A DNA stretch of 63,206 bases, the filler included, from Cercozoa sp. M6MM (Eukaryota > Protista > Endomyxa: Ascetosporea): assembly GCA_040357565.1 (NCBI GenBank). It is 12 parts of 12 records of this genome, joined end to end, with 100 filler letters (N's around TTAATTAATTAA, not from the genome) between each part and the next. Parts side by side here need not be neighbours in the genome. Positions count along the whole stretch, not along the records: positions 43,915 to 54,470 come from JBDODJ010000436.1; positions 54,571 to 57,677 come from JBDODJ010001607.1; positions 57,778 to 63,206 come from JBDODJ010000909.1; 9 more parts are not named here. One strand, 5' to 3'. The translations under genes were made by a program, and so were the position numbers. Below the pieces are notes generated by a model. That model was given only the letters and a program-made list of their open reading frames with translations, had not been told where the DNA came from and did not search any database. Every line of letters begins with the position of its first letter. Position 1 is the first letter of the stretch. This document shows positions 52,515 through 63,206 of the stretch, in pieces.

Positions 52515-53324
52515 ATTAACCGGCGAAGGCAGAGAGCGAAGGTCGTCGAAGTGCCTCCTCTGGGAGCTCTTGCAGCAGCCGGCGCAGAGTGAGCTCAATC
52601 TCGGCCACGGCCTGCAGGAAGCCGCCAGTCGACGCCTGCGCTTTGCTCTGATCGCCCGTCTCGAGGCGCAGCGCCTCGTTGATCGCACTTGCCTACAGAG
52701 CGGCATTTGCACGGAGGCAGAAAATGGAACCACAAGAGGCCAACTCACGTGTTGCAGCACATCTTGGATGCGCTTTTGGATGTGCTCGAGTCGTCTCTGT
52801 CTCACGCGCCATGTCTCGGCCTCAGGACTCATCCTAAAGACTGCAGTCCGTTCAAGAGACAGCAGTGGCTTGGCTTTTGGCACAGGAAAACACAGGCAAT
52901 TCATGGCGCACACTTAATAAAATAAGTGCTTTTCGTGCATGGTTCTTCGAACGTACCGCGAACATTGCCCGAACGTTGCGTATCTTGACATCTGTTCACA
53001 AAACAGTTTCCTTGCCGAGCTCGAATTGTACACTGCACGGGACACTGCACGTGTGCTAGAGTTATTGCTGCCACAAGGGCACTGCCAGTACAACAGAACA
53101 CAGGCCAGAGCTGTTCTACCCAATATTGAGTGTGGTCCACTCATCATTTTCCGGCACTGACAAAAACGGCACCAAATGCTGCCTCCCGATCGACCGCAGC
53201 TGTCGCGTGCTTCATCGCAGCCTGCGCCTCACACTCCGGTACCGGTTTCGCAGGTCTAGGGCTGTGTAGGAAACTGAGGCTGTTTCTTGTATTTTCGCAG
53301 CAAGATGATGTCGTCATTGACATG
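52515..53324 (-). CDS. Hypothetical coiled-coil protein
   Basis: RQRRLEHIQKRIQDVLQH / AVAEIELTLRRLLQELPEE exons; start uncertain. Confidence 0.35.
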
Positions 53325-53411
53325 AGCTTGCCGAGTGGCGTGAGGTACCCATACTCGTTTAGGGCCTGCTAGAGTTGTTCAGTTTGGTGTCACGGGTTCT
53401 GATTAGCCCAA

Positions 53412-54470
53412 ATGAGGTCAAGAAAGGCGGCAGTGTCAAAGAACGCGGTGAGCACGTGCGTGAGCGTCGCCGCCAGCGAGAGTACATCAGTTTGTTTTTG
53501 TTCGCATTTTTCTGTGCCCAAACAAATACCAATAACACCGTTTTTGTATTTTTCCAGGTACCACGCGCGTAGTCATGCGCCAACGACGGCAGCTTTGGTG
53601 ATGCAGCACCGTCGTATGCTTGTCGAGGTAGTTGTCCGCTCTCTGGGTGGGGACTTTGGGGACTTTGGGGTAGACTGAGGGATATGATTAAGGGGGGGGG
53701 GGTAAAAGAGGGGTCCAAATGTAGGTACCGCCTCGCGCGGAACTGCTGCGTCTGTCGGCGCTTAAGAAAGACGAAAAAAGCGGCGATATCGATTTGGACG
53801 TGCGCAACAGGTACTGGGACAGACACTGGGGGGGGGGGGACAGACACTGGGGGGACAGACACGGGGGACAGGCTTGTTGGGTCCCGCCGGTACTTGATAC
53901 TCGTGTATGTGTGTAGTGCGGAACTGCAGCAGATGCTGGCCATGGACCTGAAGGACGAGGAGGCTACGATCGCTCTGGTGCTGGTGCGCATGTCCTCGGT
54001 CGAGGAGGCCGTCGAAGTTATCTTCGCCAACGCAGATCGCGTCTTCCACCGCTTCGTGCCGCGTGAGTTTTACCCCCCTCTTTGCCCCCCTCTTTACCCC
54101 CCTCTTTGCCCCCCTCTTTACCCCCCGCTCCTCTAGACGTTGCGAGCACGAGAGAGAGGCGCACCTGTTGGATATGACAGGCGAACGTATCGGCATCACC
54201 AGGGGCCTGCCTGTACCCTCTTTTATCCTTCCCCCCTCTTTGCCCCTCTTTACCCCCCTCACCCCTGTCACAGGCTCATGTTTTGGTGGAAGAAAGCGAA
54301 GAACTCGCACGACTTATTGCTGTACTTGCCACGTAGAGGAGGGGGTAAGAAGGGGGGTAAAATGGGGGGTAAAACGCGCAGGAGGAGGAGTACGCCGAGA
54401 ACCAGTCAGCGGTGCGACCGCAGGAGGACCCGGAAGACAACGCTCCGTTGCGCACTTTGTTTCCTGCGCG
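53412..54470 (+). CDS. Hypothetical protein with a UBA-like segment, 3'-partial
   Basis: LQQMLAMDLKDEEATIALVLVRMSSVEEAVEVIF...HRFVP. Confidence 0.5.
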
Positions 54471-54570
54471 NNNNNNNNNNNNNNNNNNNNNNNNNNNNNN
54501 NNNNNNNNNNNNNNTTAATTAATTAANNNNNNNNNNNNNNNNNNNNNNNNNNNNNNNNNNNNNNNNNNNN

Positions 54571-54622
<52 letters not shown>

Positions 54623-54639
54623 GGAGTTGAAGGGGGAGT

Positions 54640-55154
54640 TGAAGGGCAAGAGTGACGATTCTGGACGAAGGAGAGCTTGCTGGGCAGGTGCTTCAACGCT
54701 GAGTACAACGAAGTCGGTCAAGACAAGATGAGTCCGCTGCTGGTGGACCTCGACTCGCTGGTGTACGACGTGTGCGACGCGCTGACTCTGGACTGGCAGC
54801 ACGGCGGTCAGACGCTGGCCTTTGTGGGCGCGCTGGAGCGACACGTGCTGCGCATGACGCAGGTACACCTCTGACCCCTACCCCTACCTTACCCTACCCT
54901 ACCGTACCACTATCCCTACCCCTACCTTACCCCTACCCCTACCCCTACCCCTACCTTACCCTACCCCTACCATCCTTTAACCCTACCTAACCTTAGGGCG
55001 GTCGTTCGGTGCGTGTGGTGGCCCTGGACTCGGGCATATCGTCGTGGCAGGGCTGTCATGCTGCCAAGAAGGTGGCGCGTGTGCTTGCGCAGCGTCATCT
55101 TACACAGGTGCCCTTGTTCCCATCTATAAATATATATCTATATTTATACATATC

Positions 55155-55186
<32 letters not shown>

Positions 55187-57584
55187 GATGTATATATGTT
55201 TAGCCCTACCTATATGTGTTTACCCTACCCATATGTACCCCCAGGTGTCGGCCAAGCACTCGCAGCTAGACGTGGTCGTGTTCGAGTCGGTGCAGTGCGA
55301 CGAGTTCCGGCAGTTCCTGCGACGCAACCCGGTGGCCGACGTGCTGGTCGGTGAGCACACGGCCGAGCAGCGGCAGCTCGCCTTGTTCCTGGCGTCGCAT
55401 GGCCAGGTAGTCTGCCTTGCACAGTCTGTCTTGCACAGTCTGCCTTGCACAGTCAGCCTTGCACCTACCTGTGTGTCCCGGGCCTAGTCCCTACCCGTAC
55501 TCTATCCCTACCTTACCCATATATACCCATGGTGTCAGAACGTGGCACGTTCCACCGAGGTGGACTTCCCGGGCACGGCGCTGATGACGCACCGCCTGGT
55601 GTTGCCGGGCGTGCTGTGCCGTGTGCTGCGCGAGGAGCTGCAGGCCTTGCGGTTCGAGAGCGAGGTGATCGAAGGTGCCGCACAGGACGAGCCGGACGAC
55701 TGGTCGCTCGGACAGCCGGTGGCCGCACAGGCGGTGGATGCGAGCCTCCTGCAGGAGGCCGCTGCTGTGGGCGGCAAGGACGCGGCACTCACACTGCTCG
55801 TGTACGCTGCCAAGCAGGTGCTGCGGCACGATGCGTCCGAGGAGGCCGTGGACGCCATGCGTGTCCTGGTGGCGCAGCGCGTGCTCTCGCAGTCGCTCTC
55901 GGTGCGACAGCGCGCCTTTGCGCCGACGCCGCTGTGCGACCCTGTAGCCTGCCCTGTCCCCCCCCTGCCCTACTATCCCTACCCCCTACCCCTTGCCACC
56001 TAGCCTACCCCTACCCCTCCCACCTACCACCTACCACCTACCCCTACCCCTCCCACCTACCACCTGGCCTAGCCTAGCCTTACCCCTGCCCCCGTACCTC
56101 AGGAGGAAGCGGCAGTGCAGCGCCTGCGCGCACTGGTGCAGCAGGCCATGGAGCACGTGGCGGCCGCTCTGCCGTCGGTGTGCGACGAGTGCGACGAGGT
56201 GCCCGTGGACGTGCTGGACGGCCGACTGATGCACCTGGTGGCGGCCGCGGTGGCCAGTGAGGTCACTCTGGGCCACGAGGTGTCGACTCGACTGACGCAG
56301 GTACTGGCTCACGTGCTACCGGCTCAGAGCCAGGGGCAGAGCCAGGAGGTGCAGAGCCAGGAGGTGCTGAGTGCGACGTCGGCACTGCGAGGTGTGGCCT
56401 GGCGTCTGCCGGGACAGGAGCACAGCGAGGCACTGGCCGTGGCGCCCGTGTCGGGCAAGCTGGCCGACGCGACGGTGCGCCAGGTGGACACGTCGCTGCG
56501 CAAGCTCGAGCTGGTGAGCGACTCGGCGGCCGAGGTGCCGCAGGCGCGCCAGTGGGCCGTGCTGCGCAGCGAGGGCTGGCAGCCCGGCGCGCAGGTGGAC
56601 GACGGCATCCGGCCGCAGGACCTGCAGAGCGACGCGCGCGCACGCCGCATGCAGCAGACGCAGAACAACTTCTACAAGCGGTACGCGCAGTCGCTGCAAG
56701 GTGGCAAGCTGTGTCTCCGCGATGTGATCGTGTCGGCCACCAAGGACACGGACAAGAACAAGCAGCAGTCGGGCGACCACAAGAAGAAGAAGGGCGGCGG
56801 CAACAAGAAGAAGCAGCGCCTCAAGAAGGGCGGCGTCTCGGGCAACATGCAGGAACAGGTGCGCCGCGAGACTGAGGAACGCAAGCGACTCCAGCAGCGC
56901 GAAGATCTGCACTCGTTCTGCGCCATGTGCGCGCGCATGCCGCATCACGAGCGAGTCGCCAAGTTGGGTACCCTCTGTCTATACCCTCTGTCTATACCCT
57001 CTATCTATACCCTACCCTCTACCCTACCCTCTGCCCTACCCTCTGCCCTCTATCTATACCCTCTGCCCTACCTCTACCCTACCTCTACCCTACCCCCTGC
57101 ATCTACACTCTGCCTACCCGACCTATATAACCCCTACCCGTAGATGAGAAACTCGCCTCGATCGAGGATGTGATTATCACGCTGGACGCGCAGTTCGTGC
57201 TGTAGGTTGACCCTTACCCCACCCCCTTGTCCCCACAGCCTTACCTATATGGGTTCTTACTACCCCCCCCCCCCCCATATGACCCATGTGACCCGGGCAG
57301 CACGCGAGCTGGCCGAGCAGTACGTGGCGACACAGGAGGCACTGGCACAGCAGGAGGTCAAGGCGGCCAAGGCAGCACAGACTGCCGAGAAGAAGAAGGG
57401 CAAGAAGGCAGGCAAGAAGGGCAAGGCCAGCAAGGCTTCCGCCTCCTCTGATGCCGCATGTGGTGTCTCCGAGGAGGCCGCCATCCTGGCCAAGGTGCCG
57501 GAGCTGGACCAGGTGCTGCTGAAGGAGCTGCCGCTGGAGGACCGCGATACACCGCCCATCGAAGAGTCCATGGCTGTGTTCCAG
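54640..57584 (+). CDS. DDX60-like (Ski2-family) helicase, N-terminal region, partial
   Basis: LLVDLDSL..DWQHGGQTLAFVGALERHV, QNNFYKRYAQSLQGG..VIV, Lys-rich linker, SMAVFQ; these resemble DDX60 N-terminal blocks; the helicase core is not in this contig. Confidence 0.68.
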
Positions 57585-57777
57585 GTATGTCCTACCCTGC
57601 CCTATCCTGCCCTACCCCATCCTACCCTACCCTATCCTATCCTATCCTGCCCTACCCTACCCGACCCATCCTACCCTNNNNNNNNNNNNNNNNNNNNNNN
57701 NNNNNNNNNNNNNNNNNNNNNTTAATTAATTAANNNNNNNNNNNNNNNNNNNNNNNNNNNNNNNNNNNNNNNNNNNN

Positions 57778-57818
<41 letters not shown>

Positions 57819-57836
57819 CTTCATATACGCTGTGTT

Positions 57837-59833
57837 CAGCGACCGATGATGAAGCGCGGTCGCTACCGCGAGTTCTTCCAGTGCGACTTTGACATTGCCG
57901 GGCCCGGCACGGCCACGGATGCCATGGTGCCGGATGCCGAGGTAGTCCCTATGTTTGTCTGTCTGTCTGTTCATCTGTCTGTTTGTATATGTGTGTCTGT
58001 CTGTCTGTACATGCGTGACTGTTTGTGTATTGCAGGTACTTTCGGTGCTGGTGGAGATCCTGGAGGCACTGCCGATCGGCGATTTCGAGGTCTGGCTCAA
58101 CCATCGTGTGCTGCTGGACGCCATGATGGCCGTTTGCGGAGTGCCTGCCGAGAAGTAGCACTCCGTTGTTTGCACCCTGCGACCCCTAGCCCTACCCTCT
58201 GCCCTACTCCTACCCCCCCCCCCGTAGGTTCCGTCCGATCTGCTCGGCCATCGACAAGCTCGACAAGGAGCCTTGGATTGAGGTGCGTCGCGAGATGGTC
58301 GAGGACAAGGGTACACCCCCCCCCCCAGTATATAGGTATATCTATCCAGAAGCGGTATGATGGACCCATGGCCTGCAGGTCTCGATGCTGACGTGGCCGA
58401 TCGTATCGAGAAATACGTCTGCTCCGAGGCCGACTCGTCAGTGTACTGTCTTTGTGCTTTGGGTGATTCCCGTGTGTGTATGTGTGTATGTGTGTGTGTG
58501 TGTATGTTCGGTAGCGATCTGCGCGAGCACAACCGCGCCTTGTTGCAGAAGCTGCGTGAGGACGCTGCGCTCAGCGAGTCGGTAAGTCTGTACATGTGCG
58601 TGTGCATAGAGGTAGAAGAAGAGTTCATGTACTTTCTGCACACAGAAGGACGCCCAGTGTGCACTGGACGAGATTGCCAAGTTGCTCAACGTACCTCTTG
58701 TGTTCTTGTTCACAACACACGCATCCTTTTGCCGACCTGCGTTTGTGACAGTATCTCACTGCCCTGGGTGCGGAACACCGCATTCGTTTCGACATGTCGC
58801 TTGCGGTAGCTGCGTGTTCTCCCTGTACCACTGTGCTGACCACTTTCGTGCATGCATTGTGCAGCGAGGTCTAGACTACTACACTGGCGTTATCTATGGT
58901 ATTCTTCATGTGAGTCTGAGTCTACATTATATATAGGATATGTATTTATTTATACGCATACAGAGGCCAAGCTGGTGGGTGCCGTGGCCGAGCAGCTGCG
59001 TGTCGGCAGCGTCGCCGCTGGTGGTCGCTACGACGGTCTCATCGGCATGTTCGCCGGTCAGTCTGTGGTATCCCGACATGTTGGTCCACGTCGAGCATGC
59101 TGCATTGCTGTGTGTGGCTATGTCTGCTTGATGTGTGTGTGTCTTGCTGGGGAGTAGCCCGCGGTCGGCGTCAGCATTGGTGTGGAGCGAGTGTTCCGCG
59201 TCATGGAACTCCTCAGCGGTGTAGAATGTGACCAGGAGGAGGCACAGCGGTACCCCATCCACCCTATCTAAATATCTATATATATATCCTGCGTTACTAT
59301 GTGCAGTGTGCAAGCACTGGCCGACTCAGTGCCGCAAGTGACGGTGCGAGAGTCGCCCACGCAGGTGCTGGTGATTGGCACGCAGGCTCGGTACCTCACT
59401 GTCCCTCTGTGTGTATGTGTATGTGTATGTGTGTGTGTGTGTGTGTGTACCTATCCTCTCTCTGTGCAGTCTGCTGGAAGCACGCATGGACGTATGCCGA
59501 CGCCTGTGGCAGAGCGGTGTTCGCGCAGAATTCACGCTCAAGAATAAGTAAGGCTTGGCTTATCGTGCTATTTGGGGTGGGGCATACCTGTGTGTGCGCA
59601 ACAGCCCCAAGACGAGCGATGAACTCAAGCGCGCCACCGAGACCGGCATCCCGCTCGCCGTCTTCTTGGACGCCGAGCAGCTCGAGCAGCCGCAGCCGCA
59701 TGTCGGTCTCAAGAACCTCGTCACGCAGGTGCAGCATCAGGTGCCGCTTGAATCCGTCGGCGAGGCCGCCGTGCTGCAGCTCGCGCAGATCGGTGTGTCA
59801 GCGCACCAGGTCACCATCCAGGCCTCGTCCTAA
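57837..59833 (+). CDS. HARS: Histidyl-tRNA synthetase, 5'-partial
   Basis: [69 protein letters not shown]. Confidence 0.97.
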
Positions 59834-60285
59834 CGTAATTCGATAACGGCGCTGACTAAGCGGGGGCTGTGCCGGTCCGTCGACGTGAGTGTCCTGTGTT
59901 AGTTTGTTTACGTTCCGTTCGTACGCGTTTCGTATCGTCGTATGTGGGAACCGTCGTATGTCCGTCCACCGGTACGTTTCGTCCGGTCGAGTTTGATTCC
60001 GTTCAGTTCGTGTTTTCTTTCCGTCAATGCAACTGAGCCGACGGCGAGGTCACTGTTCAGGTTGTGCCCGGCCGTGAGTGACACTGACTAGCTTCGACTC
60101 GACTAAGTGACACTGCTCTGCGCTGGCTGGTAACTAGAACATTAGTTAGTTCTGTCTACTAAGAACCAACTCGACTGTATCGTTGGCAAAACCTTTAAAG
60201 TTGGGTGCAACTCTGGAGAGTATAGCTTGTTGAGAGTGCAACTATTTGCATCACGCTAGTGCTTGCAGAAATGAGTAACTTTCTT

Positions 60286-62271
60286 TTAATTAAACGCCTT
60301 TCCCAAAATTTTCGTGGACAGGTCGGCTGGCTCTGGGCTATGAGACGGAGGGGACAGAGTGTTGGTAGCGGTCACACTCGGTGGCTCTGGATCCGTGACT
60401 TCGGAGGCATGCAGCAGAAGCCAGTCTGCACCAAAGTTGCTGCGCTGCTGCATGAGCGCCCTCAGGACGGCCTCGGTCTTGTATAAGGCTCCCTGCGGAC
60501 CCTGCTTTCGGACGAGGTGCAAACACACCTCGCTTGCACGTGCATCCTGTTCACAAACACAAGTGAGTGTAGATGAGAGAAGGGCATGAAGAAGATTGCG
60601 GATACCTCGGTATCCAACTCAGCATCGGCTACAATAAAGAGCGAGGACACCGGAAGCTTGGCTAGAGCATCATCCGCTCGTTGTGTTGCCTTCTGAATCT
60701 CCTACAACTCACACAAGAATAAATACAGCACATTGGCACTGACACCATTGTGCTGTTAAAGCTGAGTACACTCGGGTGAAGATCGGCAGCATCCAGAAAG
60801 TGTACAGTGCCTCCCGACTTGTTGATCTACAGTACAGTGGTACTGTGAGACTGGACGGAAGGAAAACAAAAAGACACCAGCTGCGCAAGTAAAGCTGCCG
60901 TCTGCGTTCTTGCGCAAGCTCTTCGTCGCCTGCCTCGAACGGGAGAGTTCCATTTCGAGTACGATGTCACCTTCTCCGCCTCCTGCTTTGGAGCAGCAAT
61001 AGTGTGAAACAGTAACTAAGGTCGCGGGGAGAGAAGATACCTGAACCACCGGGAGCGACACGAGAAGAAAGTTGAGTCCACGAAAGACACAATCACGTAT
61101 CCTGGATCGAAGCACCTGCACTAACGTCAACTGACAGCCCTGTACGACCAAACTATCAGGGACACAACACAGTACACTTGCGAGCGAGAAGGCGAACTTG
61201 TGCTCACTGTCAGTGTCGTGTATCTCGTGCTCCTGTGTCGACACACTAAATGTGCCCTGCTGCGCACACGCGTGCAGCCACGTTGGTGCCACTATGTGCT
61301 GGCACTGCCGTGGTGGCACGGTTACACCATTAAAGAAGCCGACAATTCACAAGGACAACAGTACCCTGGGAGATGCGAGTGCACACATGAACTTGGACGT
61401 GCGGATGATTGAGGGCATCACGAGGTGCGTCACTTGATCATTGAACGCGTTCACTATTCTCTGCCGACAAAAGCCCATATATCTCAAACAAAGCAGTAAT
61501 ACATCAAGGAAAGGAGTACTCCATCGGCGATCTGTTCGAGTTCTTGCCGTAGTTTCGGCGGAATAGTGTACCTGAATTTACAATGCAGTGCACAGGCTGT
61601 GACTGTGTTCTATCATAATGCGGAGTCGTAACTCACTTTGATACGCACACGATCGCGGTTTCTCGCAAGCGTTTGACTGGTGGCGGCTAAAGCATGCTTT
61701 ATATGATAAATTGGTAGAGTGGGGAGAGGCAAGAGGTCAGTTTTGTACCGACAGAGCCATCGAGAAGTCGAGTCTTTTAGCACACGCAGGCGAAAGCTCA
61801 CTTTGGGGTCGGATGCGTTTTCTCTGAGTGCGAAAGGTGGCGCTTCCCATCTCATGAACCGTTGACCTGATTGGCCGACAGCCTTCAAGCAGCATCGACA
61901 TTCGCACACAGCTGTCCTCTCTGGTCAGCATTGCCTACAAATAAAATTAGTTTGAGGGCACAAAAAGGGTGCTGTTTCTTACCTCGATTGATCGAATTTC
62001 GACATAATAATCATCTCCAAAGCTGATGATATCCGCGTGATACAAAGGCACTCGTTCGAACTGCGTGCATTTGTAAATGGAACTTAATTATCACCTCATT
62101 TAAGCAAAACAGAAGAATCAATGCATATACTGATTCGCTCGATTTAAACGTCCTTTCGCCTGTTCTCGGATGCGATATCTTTGGTTGCTTCGAGAACTCG
62201 CCAAAGCACTTGCCATCTAGGCAAGTAATCTTCAATCCGTCAGCTAGAGCTAATTTTTCTCCTTCACTCAA
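60286..62271 (-). CDS. Tandem-BRCT protein (MDC1/PTIP-like C-terminus)
   Basis: VTHLVMPSIIRTSKFMCALA, IVAPTWLHAC, DTDSEHKFAFSL, VFRGLNFLL, YKTEAVLRALMQQ; start uncertain. Confidence 0.72.
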
Positions 62272-62621
62272 AGTTTTTCGAGTCCGTGTGGCACCTTCCT
62301 CACTCAGAATGTAGACTAAACCAAAATAACCCAGCTGATCCGCAACAGAAAAAACAACAACAACAATGCAGTTGATTTCGATTTAATACCATGGTATTTC
62401 GCGTTCATGCTATGTCATAGCATTAACACCGATAGCTTTAATCTGTTTAAGTACCGTACGGCACTGTACAGTCGAAGACTGGATGCGTTCCATCCTCCGG
62501 TTCAGGAAGAGCCGAGAGATTTTTTTGCTGTACAAGGCTGGCTGCGCTTAGCAAACCACAGCAGCAACTTCCGGCGGTGCCCAAACATAACTCAGGCTGT
62601 TTGAGTGCTCAGCTTGCCACA

Positions 62622-63092
62622 ATGAGTGTCATTTCTGACGATCAGGCGCTGCTTGTGGGATCTGTCAACTCGCAGCAGCGATCGGATCTATGGCGCATCT
62701 TACGCGCCTACCCAGAGCGCACTGACTTTGCATTGGTCGCGGCCGGTGATGTGCACGTTCAAACGCACGCTCTAGTCGTACACAGTCACTGTGTGCTTTT
62801 GTCCGTTTCTGTCAGTAGTTCACGAAACTCCTGTCTGATGCAGATGATGGCGACTTCGCATCTCATTGAACGACTGTTGACGGTTCTTTTGGGTTACTGT
62901 ATTTTCTTGTCCTCTGGACGCATGTTTTTGGGGAAGCAGAGCAACGTCGGAAGCGCCACTCGGTCGTCCACTTGCTCGGTGGAACAGTATGTTGATGGCA
63001 ACTTCAGTTTGAGTGTGTTGTGGTTTGTGTTTCACATTTTGTCTTTAGCTTTAATGCCAAGACAGTGAAGCAGTTCGTTGCACTCGCTTACG
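62622..63092 (+). CDS. BTB/POZ-domain protein, 3'-partial
   Basis: TDFALVAAGDVHVQTHALVVHSHC fits the BTB SD..l.v.g..f.aHk.vLa.rS pattern. Confidence 0.55.
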
Positions 63093-63150
63093 GGTACAGT
63101 AAAATATGCGCTCACTTTAACTCAGTTGCCCCTGTCTGTCTACCCACCCC

Positions 63151-63206
<56 letters not shown>

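Noticed and set aside
57144-57310. Non-canonical splice site or TAG readthrough in the DDX60-like gene
   Set aside because: A canonical two-intron plus micro-exon model explains it. The other introns I checked fit GT-AG, and TAA, TAG and TGA all end genes, so there is no evidence of recoding.
59834-60250. CGT/TCG-rich stretch after HisRS as an ncRNA
   Set aside because: No tRNA, snRNA or rRNA signature; probably 3' UTR or intergenic DNA.

Overview
Eukaryotic (protist-like) nuclear DNA with a standard genetic code. It is gene-dense, with many short introns, GT-AG wherever I reconstructed them, often filled with simple repeats: (CA)n, (TA)n, (GTT)n, (TCAG)n, (TTTCGC)n and a dominant GGGGGTAAA/TTTACCCCC unit. 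The window is about 12 contigs joined by ~100-bp N-TTAATTAATTAA-N linkers, so adjacency across linkers is not biological. Two ~620-bp perfect duplications around 10-N gaps are assembly artefacts. Genes recognised by splicing the sequence by hand: GH92 alpha-1,2-mannosidase, NPSN SNARE, ABCB/MDR transporter (5' part), NOC3, TRM8/METTL1, an RluA-family pseudouridine synthase, RBM42, RlmE/FtsJ, a RING-H2 protein, RER1, an MFS transporter, ORMDL, a DDX60-like helicase (N-terminal part), HisRS, a tandem-BRCT protein and a BTB protein. Highlights: (1) a type-I membrane protein with signal peptide, two PSI domains, a TM helix and a cytoplasmic fascin-like domain; (2) an intron-containing EEP nuclease/phosphatase with CdtB-like motifs; (3) a dispersed ~40-nt motif with a conserved stem and variable loop that marks the end of a degenerate repeat family; (4) the 5' half of an APE-type non-LTR element whose ORF1 is a Thr/Gly hexapeptide repeat. 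All family assignments come from motif recognition; no searches were run.
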